Assembly (NCBI GenBank): GCA_937950405.1
Contig: CALFDH010000004.1
Coordinates: 4,316 to 68,315, forward strand
DNA: 64,000 bases
Direction of reading: 5' to 3'
Source of the DNA: an uncultured Meiothermus sp.
GTDB lineage: Bacteria; Deinococcota; Deinococci; Deinococcales; Thermaceae
The notes below the pieces were generated by a model, which worked only from the letters and a program-made list of their open reading frames with translations, was not told the DNA's origin and did no database searches. A program made the translations under genes and the position numbers. Positions 22,599 to 34,981 of the stretch are shown here, one piece after another (positions within the stretch are counted from its first letter, which is position 1; every line of letters starts with the position of its first letter).

Positions 22599-23945
22599 AT
22601 GAGCACCCCTGCCCCTTCCCTGGAGCCAGAAACCCTGAACTGGCTAAACCAACTTCCAGAGGCCTTGGTGTGGCTGGACGAAAAAGGGCAGATTGGCTGG
22701 TGCAACCCCGTGGCCAAAGCCCTTATCCCCGACCCCAATCCCCTGGGTAAACGGCTGGAAAACTGGTTTCAATCCGTGGCATATGAATCGCGAATGCCCG
22801 AGCCGATGGATGCCGCTTGGTGGCAGAATAATACGCAAAGAGGGTTGGTGGGCATGGCGGGTAAGCAGTGGCGTTGGTTCCAGGTTAGCCTCGCCCCATA
22901 CAAAGCTGGTCGACTATGCGTCTTGAGCGAGGTGACCCGCGAGTACAACCAGGCCCTGGCCTACCACTCTTCCCTCGAGGTGCTTTCCGGCCTGCTCACC
23001 CAGGAAGAAAAACTCGAGGAACTCCTCATGCGGGTACTGCGAACAGCGGTTGAGGTGGTTCCAGGGGCCGAGGCCGGAAGCCTGACCCTGCTGGAAAACG
23101 GCGAGTTTAGATTTGTGGCCCAGATTGGTTTCGAGGAGAGCCTGATCGAACACTCCATAAGCTACCAACACGAACTGACCTGGTATGGGCAGGGCGAGAA
23201 AGACTGGTTGCTAGGTAAGCCCCGCTTGTTGGTTTCTCCCTACATCCAGGAGCGAACTCGAGAGCATATCTCTCACGAGCTCGATATGTTCAAGCAGGTC
23301 GGCAAACTAGAGGAGCTGAAGGCCACTGTGACGGTTCCGATCGTGCTTCAGAGCCGGGTAATGGGTACCCTCAACCTGGATTCACTCACCTCGACCGAGG
23401 CCTTTTCCCCCGAAAGCCTGGCCATTGCCCAGACCTTTGCCTTACAGGCTGCTACTGTGCTATACGGTTTGCTTACCCGCCGGAATCTGTCGGAGCTGGC
23501 CTTGAGCGATGCCCTGACAGGCTTGGGCAACCGCCACGCGCTGGAAATGAATTTTCCCAAACTCAAGGCCCAGGCCGAACGTCTGGATCTGCCCCTCACG
23601 CTCATTTACTGGGACATGGATGGCCTCAAACAGATCAACGACCAGTACGGTCATGCTGCTGGCGATCAGGCCCTCAAAATTCTGGCAACCACGCTCAAGA
23701 GCGTTTTCCGACAGGAGGACCAGGTTTTTCGCATCGGGGGTGACGAGTTTATAAGCCTGCACCTGGGGTTACCGCTTTCCGAAGTGCCCGAGATGGTACG
23801 CCGGGTACGCTCAGCCATCCACGTCGAGGTGAGCGCAGGAGCGGTGGCCATCACCCCCCTCCAGAATTTACAGGCCGCCCTGGGGCAGGCCGATCAGGCC
23901 ATGTACAAAGACAAGCGCCGGGTTCGCAACTCACTCGAGCTTTAG
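22599..23945 (+). CDS. PAS-GAF-GGDEF diguanylate cyclase
   Basis: DALTGLGNR, DMDGLKQINDQYGHAAGD, RQED I-site, RIGGDEF; GAF motif VPIVLQSRVMGTL. Confidence 0.92.
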   Translation: MSTPAPSLEPETLNWLNQLPEALVWLDEKGQIGWCNPVAKALIPDPNPLGKRLENWFQSVAYESRMPEPMDAAWWQNNTQRGLVGMAGKQWRWFQVSLAPYKAGRLCVLSEVTREYNQALAYHSSLEVLSGLLTQEEKLEELLMRVLRTAVEVVPGAEAGSLTLLENGEFRFVAQIGFEESLIEHSISYQHELTWYGQGEKDWLLGKPRLLVSPYIQERTREHISHELDMFKQVGKLEELKATVTVPIVLQSRVMGTLNLDSLTSTEAFSPESLAIAQTFALQAATVLYGLLTRRNLSELALSDALTGLGNRHALEMNFPKLKAQAERLDLPLTLIYWDMDGLKQINDQYGHAAGDQALKILATTLKSVFRQEDQVFRIGGDEFISLHLGLPLSEVPEMVRRVRSAIHVEVSAGAVAITPLQNLQAALGQADQAMYKDKRRVRNSLEL

Positions 23946-24551
23946 CAGCACCCGCACCCCGTCGGCCACATACTGCACCGCCAGGGCAGCCAGCAGTATG
24001 CCCAGCACCCGGGTAATTACATTGATGCCGGTGCGACCCAGCGAACTCGAGAACTTCAGGGCGGCCCTGAGCGACCAGTAGGTCATGAACAAAACCGCCG
24101 CCGCCATCGCCAGAACCAGCGCGAAACCCACAATCCCCTGGGGGGCCGACCCGGCCAGAATCAGCACCCCGGCCAGGGTGCCCGGCCCGGCAATCAGCGG
24201 AATGGCCAGGGGAAATACCGAGATGTCGGCCCGGGCCTTTGACTCGGCACGTTCCTCGTCGGTCTCGCGCTCGAGCTGGGCGTAGATCATGTCCAGGGCA
24301 ATCTTGAACAAAAGCAACCCCCCCGCCACCTTCAGCGCCTCTAAGCTAATGCCCAGGTAGCGCAAAATCACTCCCCCCAGCAAGGCAAAGGCTAGAACCA
24401 GCAGTCCCGCCACCAGGGTTGACCTGAGCGCAATGCGCTTTTGCTCCTGATAGCTGCGGGTGCCCACCAGGGCCAGGAATAGCGGAATCAGGCCGATGGG
24501 GTCAATCAGCACGAACAGGGTCAGAAAGGCCTTGAGAGCAAACTCGACCAT
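23931..24551 (-). CDS. MarC family membrane protein
   Basis: LFVLIDPIG, FPLAIPLIAGPG, TRVLGILLAALAVQ. Confidence 0.93.
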   Translation of the reverse strand: MVEFALKAFLTLFVLIDPIGLIPLFLALVGTRSYQEQKRIALRSTLVAGLLVLAFALLGGVILRYLGISLEALKVAGGLLLFKIALDMIYAQLERETDEERAESKARADISVFPLAIPLIAGPGTLAGVLILAGSAPQGIVGFALVLAMAAAVLFMTYWSLRAALKFSSSLGRTGINVITRVLGILLAALAVQYVADGVRVLLKLE

Positions 24552-24642
24552 CGTGATTCAATCCTCGAGGGCAGAAAGTACCAGGCGAGGGTTCTAATAG
24601 CCGTCAGACTGCTTCGCCAGGCCCCCCTGGCCGCCCTGGTGT

Positions 24643-25101
24643 TCAGGTTAGCAACCCTTCGAACTCCTCTTGCAGAGCCTCTGCATCCTGAATCGTTCGG
24701 CCCACCACCAGAATCGAATCCTCTCCTGCGATTGTGCCTACAATATCGTCCCGGCGCAGCCGGTCAATCAGCAACGCAATGCCGGAAGCATGCCCTTCAG
24801 ACACTTTCAACACCAGCACATTCTCGCCCCGGTCTACATCCCGCACAAAGATTGGAAAAATTCGCCGGAGTTCTTCCATTACATCTTCGGCCAGGTCGAG
24901 CTGGGTCAAGGCGTATTTGTGCTTTCCCCGTCCCAGCGGAACCCGTACCAGGCGCATTTCGTTGATGTCGCGGCTCACCGTTGCCTGGGTTACGTCGTAG
25001 TTTAGTTTGCGCAGCCGATCTACCAACTCAGCCTGGGTAGATATGCTCTCCCGGGAGATAATTTCTTGAATAGCTCGGTGACGCTGTTCCTTGCTTGCCA
25101 T
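24643..25101 (-). CDS. argR: Arginine repressor
   Basis: [26 protein letters not shown]. Confidence 0.94.
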   Translation of the reverse strand: MASKEQRHRAIQEIISRESISTQAELVDRLRKLNYDVTQATVSRDINEMRLVRVPLGRGKHKYALTQLDLAEDVMEELRRIFPIFVRDVDRGENVLVLKVSEGHASGIALLIDRLRRDDIVGTIAGEDSILVVGRTIQDAEALQEEFEGLLT

Positions 25102-25291
25102 AGCGATTGCTCCCCGAATCCCATTTTGTGATTATACAGGTGATTTGGGATTATGCAGAGTGTATGCCCACTGCTCAAGGTCGAGTGTTCGATGTAAAGG
25201 GAACAATTTTCAGCCGACCCGGCTGCCAGGCCCATGCATGAAGATGCGGGCTCACCGGGGTCGGCCCGCTTGCAGTCGGGTTTCGCGCCCA

Positions 25292-25600
25292 TCAATCAGC
25301 AGGTTCGATGACTTCGCGGGGATACATCTGATCAAGGAATTTGGTCAAACGATCCTCCACGACCAGCCCTTCGCCAATCTTAAGGCGCCCGGTCTGAAGT
25401 TCCTGCATAGCCCAGGTGACAGCGTTGGGATCAGGCTTCTGGCCCTCGAGTGTCCGCATGCGGGGTATCTCGTCGCTGCTCAGCACCGTGTTCTTGAAGT
25501 CGTAACGCAGCAACTGTTGGGCACGCTTTGCCGTTACCACGGTCAGGCGGTACTTGGAGTCGGTCAGGGCCAGAAGGGTATCAATGCCGGGTTCAGCCAT
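25292..25600 (-). CDS. rpoZ: RNA polymerase omega subunit
   Basis: [16 protein letters not shown]; downstream of gmk. Confidence 0.95.
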   Translation of the reverse strand: MAEPGIDTLLALTDSKYRLTVVTAKRAQQLLRYDFKNTVLSSDEIPRMRTLEGQKPDPNAVTWAMQELQTGRLKIGEGLVVEDRLTKFLDQMYPREVIEPAD

Positions 25601-25657
25601 AGGTCTACCTCTACAACTAAGCTCCGATTGTACAGCACAAAGTGAGAAATGTTTACT

Positions 25658-26326
25658 TTACCCCTGCTCGCCCGCCAGGAGCCGTTTGCGCTCGAGTTCA
25701 TCAAGTTCACGCTCCAGAACCGGGTCTACCGAGAGGGCGCGGGCCAGCGCTTCGCCCATGCGCGGTTGCAGCAGCCGCTCGGCCTGAATGATGGCGGCAA
25801 AGTCGGAGACGGCTTTGTCGAGCTGGTCGTTGACCAGCACGTACTTGAACTGGTCGGCCATACGAATCTCTTCTTCGGCCCGCTTGAGCCGCTTGTGAAT
25901 CTTGGCCAGGCTGTCGGTTCCACGCACCAGGAGTCTTCGGCGCAACTCCGACAGCGAGGGGGGAATGATGAAGACCAGAATCGCTTCCGGCATGGCCTGT
26001 TTGACCTGTAAAGCGCCCTGTACCTCTATCTCGAGGATCACATCCTGTCCTTTGCTCAGGGCTTCTTCCACCGGCTCCCTGGGGGTGCCGTAGTAGTCGT
26101 CTACGTATTGCGCCCATTCCAGGAAACCGTTTTGTGCAATTTTGCTTTCGAACTCGGCTTTGCTGACAAAGTAGTAGTCCACCCCATTGCGCTCTCCCAC
26201 CCTGGGGGGACGGGTGGTCATCGAGATCGAGTAGTACATACGGTGGTATTCCAGGAGCCTTCCCCGGATGGTGCCTTTGCCCACCCCCGAAGCCCCGGTC
26301 ATGACAAACAGATTCCCACGCGGCAT
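25658..26326 (-). CDS. gmk: Guanylate kinase
   Basis: GASGVGKGT, SMTTRPPR, YYGTP. Confidence 0.96.
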   Translation of the reverse strand: MPRGNLFVMTGASGVGKGTIRGRLLEYHRMYYSISMTTRPPRVGERNGVDYYFVSKAEFESKIAQNGFLEWAQYVDDYYGTPREPVEEALSKGQDVILEIEVQGALQVKQAMPEAILVFIIPPSLSELRRRLLVRGTDSLAKIHKRLKRAEEEIRMADQFKYVLVNDQLDKAVSDFAAIIQAERLLQPRMGEALARALSVDPVLERELDELERKRLLAGEQG

Positions 26327-26383
26327 AACTCGGGCATGGTATCAGAACCGATGACCCAGCGCCACCCGCCCTTCACACAACGA

Positions 26384-26549
26384 CAGGCTTTTATCGTTTT
26401 CCCCTTTCCCTCTCCCCTTGCGGGAGAGGGTGGCGACAGCGCCGGCTAGTTTGGTGCTCCTTTTGTCAAGTAAATACAACTCTAGCGGTAACTGCTGTCG
26501 CCGGGTGAGGGGTTGAAACGACGGTGCCCTGGCAAATGATAAGAGCCTT
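26384..26549. mobile_element. MITE family B copy
   Basis: CAGGCTTTTATC...GATAAGAGCCTT; 10-bp flanks CACACAACGA / CACATAACGA. Confidence 0.85.
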
Positions 26550-26646
26550 CACATAACGAAATCCTGTTTGCCTACACTTGAGATTTCGTCTGTAAGGTTT
26601 AGACTAACCTCTGGCAACGTGCAGACGTTTTCACGTGGGAGTATGA

Positions 26647-28107
26647 ATGACACCAGAATGGGTCAAGGATGCCGTTTTTTATCAGATTTTTCCAGACCGT
26701 TTTCGCATGGGGGCCGGGCCCCCGGCCAGCCCAGCACCGGTACACAGTGGTTTTGAAGCCTGGGACGCGCCCCCCACCCTGCGCGGCTTTAAGGGTGGCA
26801 ACCTCTGGGGCGTGATCGAGAAGCTGGACTACATCAAGGAGCAGGGCTTCAACGCGCTCTATTTCTGCCCCATCTTCAGCTCGACCGCCAACCACCGCTA
26901 CCACACCAGCGACTACTTTCAGGTAGACCCCATGCTGGGCGGCAACGCTGCTTTGCGGAAGCTGGTTGAGGAAGCCCACAAGCGTGAGATGCGGGTGATT
27001 CTGGATGGGGTCTTTAACCATTGCGGGCGGGCCCACTTTGCCTTTCAACACGTGATGGAAAACGAGGCGGCCTCGCCCTACCGCGAGTGGTTTCACATCT
27101 ACAAGTTTCCCCTTCTCGCCTACGCCAAGCATGCCAACTACGCGGCCTGGTGGAACAACCCCGAGCTGCCCAAATTCAACACCGCCAACCCCGAGTGCCG
27201 CGCGTATTTGCTGTCTGTGGCGGAATACTGGTTTCAGTACGGCATTGACGGTTGGCGGCTGGACGTCCCCAACGAGATTGACGACGACGAGTTCTGGCGC
27301 GAGTTCCGCCGGCGGGTCAAGGCACAGAACCCCGAGGCCTACATCGTGGGGGAAATATGGGACGATGCAAGCCGGTGGTTGCAGGGCGACCAGTTCGATG
27401 CAGTGATGAACTACCCGCTGGGAAGAGCCATTCTGGGCTTTGTGGGGGCGGAGGTGCTCGACAAAGACCTGGCGGCCAAGAGTGGCCTGGGGCGGCTGGA
27501 AAGCCTGGGGGCTATGGCTTGCCACAACCGCCTCGAGGAACTTTTTCGCCGCTATGACTGGGACATCGTGACCGCCCAGATGAACATCATGACCTCGCAC
27601 GACACCCCGCGTATTTTTAGCCTGCTGCGGGGGCAGCTCGAGCGGGTACAACTGGCCTTCGCCATGCTCTTTACCCTGCCGGGCGCACCAACGATTTACT
27701 ATGGCGACGAGATCGGCATGGCCGGGGGCCACGACCCCGACAACCGCCGGGGCATGATCTGGGATGAGACTCGCTGGCGCAAGCCCCTCATGCAGACCAT
27801 TCAACAGATGGCGGCCCTGCGGCAGTCGCTGCCGGTGTTGCGTCGGGGCCGATACCAGTACCTCTATGCCCAGGATGCCCACCTGGCCTTTGCCCGAATC
27901 CATGGGCAAAGCAGCGTGGTGGTGACCATCAATGCCTCGCCCGAACGCTGGCGAGTCAACATCCCGCTGCACGGGCTGTGGCCCAGGGGTGAGCAGGCCA
28001 TAGACCTGCTGTCGGGCAAGGAAGGCCGGTGTGTGGGGGGCTACCTCGAGGACGGCGTCCTCGAGCCCTTTTCCCTGGCCGTCTGGCAGACCCTCGAGCA
28101 GGCCTGA
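26647..28107 (+). CDS. GH13 neopullulanase/cyclomaltodextrinase-like glycosidase
   Basis: FYQIFPDRF, DGVFNH, GWRLDVPNE, GEIW, SHDTPR, YYGDEIG. Confidence 0.92.
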   Translation: MTPEWVKDAVFYQIFPDRFRMGAGPPASPAPVHSGFEAWDAPPTLRGFKGGNLWGVIEKLDYIKEQGFNALYFCPIFSSTANHRYHTSDYFQVDPMLGGNAALRKLVEEAHKREMRVILDGVFNHCGRAHFAFQHVMENEAASPYREWFHIYKFPLLAYAKHANYAAWWNNPELPKFNTANPECRAYLLSVAEYWFQYGIDGWRLDVPNEIDDDEFWREFRRRVKAQNPEAYIVGEIWDDASRWLQGDQFDAVMNYPLGRAILGFVGAEVLDKDLAAKSGLGRLESLGAMACHNRLEELFRRYDWDIVTAQMNIMTSHDTPRIFSLLRGQLERVQLAFAMLFTLPGAPTIYYGDEIGMAGGHDPDNRRGMIWDETRWRKPLMQTIQQMAALRQSLPVLRRGRYQYLYAQDAHLAFARIHGQSSVVVTINASPERWRVNIPLHGLWPRGEQAIDLLSGKEGRCVGGYLEDGVLEPFSLAVWQTLEQA

Positions 28108-28274
28108 ACGCCAGAGCGCGGAGGGCGGGGGACATCAGGGCCCCTTAATACATCGAAGCTGGCCTTGATGCAGAACCCCAACCCCTTATTGTAAAAGGGT
28201 CACCTTACTCCCCCTCATAGCAATGCCAAATATCGAGGCTGTTTCTGTTTAGAGCAGAACCTGTCCTAATCCAT

Positions 28275-28454
28275 CTACTACTTATAGTAGTAAATCACAA
28301 GTTTTCACTCTATATATTTGTACCGAAGGACTTGATTTTCTTTTGATGCCTGCAGTATTATGTTTATATCCTAATCTTTGAGTTTTTCAATACCACTTGT
28401 CAAAAATATACAATGGGTAGTAGTATCTAGCGCGGAACCCCCCATATCTTGTGC
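28275..28454 (+). promoter_or_regulatory. Two tandem pairs of NrdR boxes and two sigma70-like promoters upstream of nrdJ
   Basis: 16-mers at 28275, 28307, 28408, 28439 resemble acaCwAtATaTwGtg with 32/31-bp spacing; TTGATT-18-TATTAT (28332-28361), TTGTCA-18-TAGTAT (28397-28426). Confidence 0.65.
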
Positions 28455-28496
28455 CACTGCGGTGGCCGGGGAAATCTCGCTAAATTGGAGGACACC

Positions 28497-31400
28497 ATGA
28501 ATAGCTTCAAGCCCGCACTTTTTGATGATCACGCCCAGGCCATCGCCAAGCGCCAGTATATGCAACCGGGCGATGGGGACATTTTTGGAATGTTTCGCCG
28601 GGTGGCTACCTGGGTGGCCTCGCCAGAAAAATCTGATCAGGACAAAGCGTACTGGGGGGAGCAGTTTTACCAGTTGATGGCCTCCAAACGCTTTTGCCCT
28701 GGCGGGCGGGTATTGGCGGGAGCGGGCACCCAGCACGGCAACGTGCTCAACTGCTTTGTACAGGGGGCTACCGAGCACGACCCCAGCAGCTTTGATGGGG
28801 TGCTGGAAGTGGCGACCAAGCTGGCCCTGGTCACCAAGGTCGGAGGGGGCAACGGGGTCAACCTCGACCCCTACGTCTCACGCAAGAATGCCGGCCCGCG
28901 CGGAACCGTGCGCGGTTTCGCCTACATCGCCGCCGACCATGCCGACGTAGAAGACTTTATCAAGGGCATGATGCGCCCCCCCATCAACCCCGATGGCGAC
29001 AAGGAAAACATCACCGTGCGCAACTGGACACGGGTGGTCTATGGCCTCCTGAAGCCCGAACTGGCCGCGCTGGCCCGGCGCAACGGGGTCATGACCGTGC
29101 GGGAAAAGCCCAGCGATGTGCTGGTTGTGCCCGACGACATGCGCGGCATCATCGAGGCCGCCAGGGCTGCCCTGAGCCTCGCAGTCAAAGGGCAGGAACC
29201 CCATGTGGATTTCAGCAGCCTACGCCCGGAGGGAGCCGAAATCAAGGGCAGCGGGGGCACCAGCAGCGGCCCGGTCAGCTTCCTGGTGGAGATTTTCGAC
29301 AACTTTTTGGAGTGGGCCAACCTGGGAGCCGAGAAAGCAGGCCCTGTGGCCACCCTGCGCTACGTGTACGCGCCGGTGCTGCGGGTGGTACGCCAGGGCG
29401 GCACCCGACGGGGCGCCGGAATGGCTACGCTTGCGATTGATCACCCCGATCTGCTGGACTTCCTGACCGCCAAAGACCTCGACCGCGAGGCCAGCGAGGG
29501 TGACATTTCCACCTTCAACATCTCGATTCTGGCCACAGAAGCCTTCTGGCAGGTATTGCAGGCCGATGGCCTGTGGGCGGTTGAGCCCTCCGAGGTGCCG
29601 GGCAAATACTACCCCCACCCGGTGCAAGGCTCCTATAACGGGGTGTTGCCCGACCTGCCCGAACGCGTCCAGGACGGCGCCCGCCCCATTCCGGTGTACG
29701 GCGGCAAGGTGCCAGCCAAGTGGCTCTGGCACGAAATTGCCTGGCACGCCTGGGCCACTGGTGAACCCGGCCTGATTTTCGTGGACCGCATCAACGAGCT
29801 TTCGGCCCTCAAGAACCTGGGGCCCCGCTACCAGATTCGCTCCACCAACCCCTGTGGGGAAATCCCCCTTACGGTGGGCGAGCCCTGCGACCTGGGGGCG
29901 ATTAACCTGGCGGCCTATGTAGAAAACGGCGAGTTCAACTATGCCGCTTTCCGACAGGATGTTCACACCGCCATCCGCTTCCTGGACAACGTGCTGGACG
30001 TGAATGTATTTGCCCTTGAAGACAACCGCGTTGCCAGCCAGAGTTTGCGCCGTCTGGGGCTTGGGGTGATGGGTCTCGCCGACATGCTTATCAAAATGGG
30101 CTTGCCCTATTCCTCGGAAGCGGGCCGCCGGGTGGTGGCCCAGGTAATGAACGTCATGCGCGAGGAAGCCATTGCCGAGTCGGAGCGGCTGGGTCAGGAG
30201 CGGGGCGTGTTCCCGGTCTACGAGCGGCACCGGGCGGCCTTCGAGGCGCTGGGCATTCGCCCCCGCCGCAACGTGGCAGTACTGACGGTGGCCCCCACCG
30301 GTACTACCAGCATGCTGATGGGGGTTTCCAGCGGCATCGAGCCGATGTTTTCTCCCTTTATGTGGCGGCGCATCGGCGGGGAGTACAAGGCTTTGTTGCA
30401 CCCCTTGTTTGTGGAGATTATGGAACAGTTCCCTGCCGAGGGGCGGTTTGCCACTGCCCCTACCCCCCAGTCCCCCTCCCCCGAAGGAGAGAGGGGGGGC
30501 AAGGAAGGTCGGCTGGTCTGGGATTGGGATGCCATCATCCAAGCCATTCAGGCCCACCACGGCAGTGTGAAGGGTCTGGAGGGCATCCCCAGCGCTATTG
30601 GCAATGTGTTTGAAGGGGCTCACGACGTGCCGCCACTGGATCACGTCCGGATGCAAGGGGTTGTGCAGACTGCCTTCGATGCCGAGGGCTACGCGGCCAA
30701 CTCGCTCTCCAAGACCATCAACCTGCCCAACCAGGCCACCGTAGAGGATGTGGAGGCGGCCTACACCGAGGCGTACATGACCGGTTGCAAGGGCATCACG
30801 GTTTACCGCGATGGCAGCCGCGAATACCAGGTGCTTTCGGTAAGCAAGGAAGAAAAGAAAGCCGAGGACAAGAGCCAGGAGACCGTAGCAGTGCAGCCCG
30901 CCTTGTTAGAAGTTCCGGCCAGCCCAGGGGCAGAGCAAGCAGGCCAGCCAAACGCCCGCCCGGTTTTCGAGCGCACGGGCCGCTTGGTGGGCTACACCGA
31001 CATGGTCAAACTCACCGCCGCCGACGGCACCCGCCGCGGCTTCCTGGTGACGGTGAATATGCAGGGTGAACACCCGGTGGAGGTTATCCTGACCTCCGGC
31101 AAGGCTGGCGACGAGGCCAATGCCGATAGCGAGGCCCTGGGCCGCATCATCTCCAAGGCCCTGCAATATGGCGTACCGGTGGCCGAGCTGGTCAAGACCC
31201 TGCGGGGCATTAATGGCGGCCTGTACGGCAGCTACCAGGGCCGCTTTGTGACCAGCAAGGCCGACCTGATTGCAGTAGCCCTGGAAACCACCAGCAAAAT
31301 CCAGATTGCCGAAGGCGAGCGCAAAGCCGCCCAGATGCCCCTGGACGATAACATGGTGCCCCAGGCCATGCAGCGGGCCACGACCGCGCCCATCCAAGCC

Positions 31401-31583
31401 AGCAAGCAACATCTGGGTGAACAGCTCCGTCAGGGGTCTGTCCCGATAGGGGATCGTCCCTCGAGCACAACCACCATGACCCATACTAAACTGGGCAGCT
31501 GTCCTGATTGTGGTGGCGAAAGTCTGGTGCGTGAAGAAGGGTGTACCAAGTGTTATAGCTGCGGGTATAGCAAGTGCGGATAG
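28497..31583 (+). CDS. nrdJ: Class II (adenosylcobalamin-dependent) ribonucleotide reductase
   Basis: NCFV, STNPCGEIPL, CDLG, VAPTGTTS, KGITVYRDGSR, C-terminal TSCPD-like domain and CPDC..CYSC ribbon; SD GGAGG. Confidence 0.94.
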   Translation: MNSFKPALFDDHAQAIAKRQYMQPGDGDIFGMFRRVATWVASPEKSDQDKAYWGEQFYQLMASKRFCPGGRVLAGAGTQHGNVLNCFVQGATEHDPSSFDGVLEVATKLALVTKVGGGNGVNLDPYVSRKNAGPRGTVRGFAYIAADHADVEDFIKGMMRPPINPDGDKENITVRNWTRVVYGLLKPELAALARRNGVMTVREKPSDVLVVPDDMRGIIEAARAALSLAVKGQEPHVDFSSLRPEGAEIKGSGGTSSGPVSFLVEIFDNFLEWANLGAEKAGPVATLRYVYAPVLRVVRQGGTRRGAGMATLAIDHPDLLDFLTAKDLDREASEGDISTFNISILATEAFWQVLQADGLWAVEPSEVPGKYYPHPVQGSYNGVLPDLPERVQDGARPIPVYGGKVPAKWLWHEIAWHAWATGEPGLIFVDRINELSALKNLGPRYQIRSTNPCGEIPLTVGEPCDLGAINLAAYVENGEFNYAAFRQDVHTAIRFLDNVLDVNVFALEDNRVASQSLRRLGLGVMGLADMLIKMGLPYSSEAGRRVVAQVMNVMREEAIAESERLGQERGVFPVYERHRAAFEALGIRPRRNVAVLTVAPTGTTSMLMGVSSGIEPMFSPFMWRRIGGEYKALLHPLFVEIMEQFPAEGRFATAPTPQSPSPEGERGGKEGRLVWDWDAIIQAIQAHHGSVKGLEGIPSAIGNVFEGAHDVPPLDHVRMQGVVQTAFDAEGYAANSLSKTINLPNQATVEDVEAAYTEAYMTGCKGITVYRDGSREYQVLSVSKEEKKAEDKSQETVAVQPALLEVPASPGAEQAGQPNARPVFERTGRLVGYTDMVKLTAADGTRRGFLVTVNMQGEHPVEVILTSGKAGDEANADSEALGRIISKALQYGVPVAELVKTLRGINGGLYGSYQGRFVTSKADLIAVALETTSKIQIAEGERKAAQMPLDDNMVPQAMQRATTAPIQASKQHLGEQLRQGSVPIGDRPSSTTTMTHTKLGSCPDCGGESLVREEGCTKCYSCGYSKCG

Positions 31584-31706
31584 GCAGTTGACCCCATAGA
31601 CCCCACAGGTCGAGCATTTTCTTGCAGGCGTTGTCTCTGACCGATACCGCATTCGGCTAATTTCACCGTTGCACAGAGGCTCATGACGTCGCGATGTCGC
31701 TGTCCG

Positions 31707-31980
31707 GCAACCCCACCTGGCCTCCCCTACGCCGTAGGGGAGGTAACAAAAGGCATCTGCTAGGGTTTATACCGGATTCAAAAAGATACTTCACCAAACC
31801 AAAAACCCCAGGGGCTATCTTTTGAATCCTAGAGCACACCCTCCCTTCGGTCGGGCCAGTTCGCCCCCATTTGGGGACAAACTGGCTGAATCTGGTATAA
31901 AAGCACAGCTTTGGCCGTGGCTTAGTTGCGTAACTCAACCACAATGAACACATCCGCACCGGTATTTGTACAACTGTGTA

Positions 31981-31982
<2 letters not shown>
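31707..31982. repeat. Repeat family E, interrupted by a family C MITE
   Basis: GCAACCCCACC..CCTC.C.TACG.CGTAGGGGAGG, GGC.GTGGC.TAG..G.G.AACTCAAC and TTTGTAC.ACTGTGTACT blocks shared with 50190-50627. Confidence 0.6.
31770..31897. mobile_element. MITE family C copy
   Basis: TACCGGATTC...GAATCTGGTA flanked by TTA/TAA. Confidence 0.83.
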
Positions 31983-34365
<2,383 letters not shown>

Positions 34366-34488
34366 ATGGTATCTATCTCCTGAGTTCCGCCTGGGGTTCG
34401 TCGCTCTCTCGGCGGGATGGGAGCGATATATGTTTTGATTTTATAAGATGGAGGGACATGGATAGGGTCAAATCTTACACTTAGGCTA

Positions 34489-34509
34489 CTTGAGTATACA
34501 TTACTCAAG
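34489..34509. promoter_or_regulatory. HAIR element (HspR operator) upstream of lon
   Basis: Perfect CTTGAGT-N7-ACTCAAG. Confidence 0.88.
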
Positions 34510-34562
34510 ATTTGTTTAGCAGATTCTCGAGGTCAAGCACTCTTGACCACCCAGGCGAACCG

Positions 34563-34778
34563 TCATGGAGCCGGAATTCGCTGCACGTTGATCACGTTCC
34601 CCAAAACAAGTTCAATTTTCAGATACTCGCCGGGTTCGGGTGCAGGGTTCAAAAACGTGTCCTGAAAGCGCAACTGACGGGCGGTGTCGCCTGTTTGCAA
34701 CACCACATCGTAGAAAACCGCTCCATGAATGCTGACGATCCGGGCTTGCAAAACCGAACCTTCAAGGGTCTCGTACAC
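34563..34778 (-). CDS. Small hypothetical protein (beta-rich, OB-fold-like)
   Basis: TAGAAT 6 nt before GTG 34778; 71 aa. Confidence 0.6.
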   Translation of the reverse strand: MYETLEGSVLQARIVSIHGAVFYDVVLQTGDTARQLRFQDTFLNPAPEPGEYLKIELVLGNVINVQRIPAP

Positions 34779-34858
34779 ATACAAATTCTACGGCATAGTC
34801 AACTTTGACGCGGGGTCTAACAGTCAATCTGGTTTCGAGACGGCATCCGCACCCAGGC

Positions 34859-34981
34859 TCAGATTGTGGGTATCATCAGGGCAAAAACCACCAGCAACAG
34901 CGCCGCAATTGCGCCGGTGGCAATATCCATCAGTAGGTCGCGGGCAGCTTTTTTATCGGGTGTAGTTCGTTTGAGCGCCAT
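34859..34981 (-). CDS. 40-aa single-TM small protein
   Basis: MALKRTTPDKKAARDLLMDIATGAIAALLLVVFALMIPTI*; basic N-terminus and one hydrophobic helix; below the ORF-track cutoff. Confidence 0.5.
   Translation of the reverse strand: MALKRTTPDKKAARDLLMDIATGAIAALLLVVFALMIPTI

Noticed and set aside
25120-25170. Possible ARG boxes upstream of argR
   Set aside because: Only half-site matches; not enough to call
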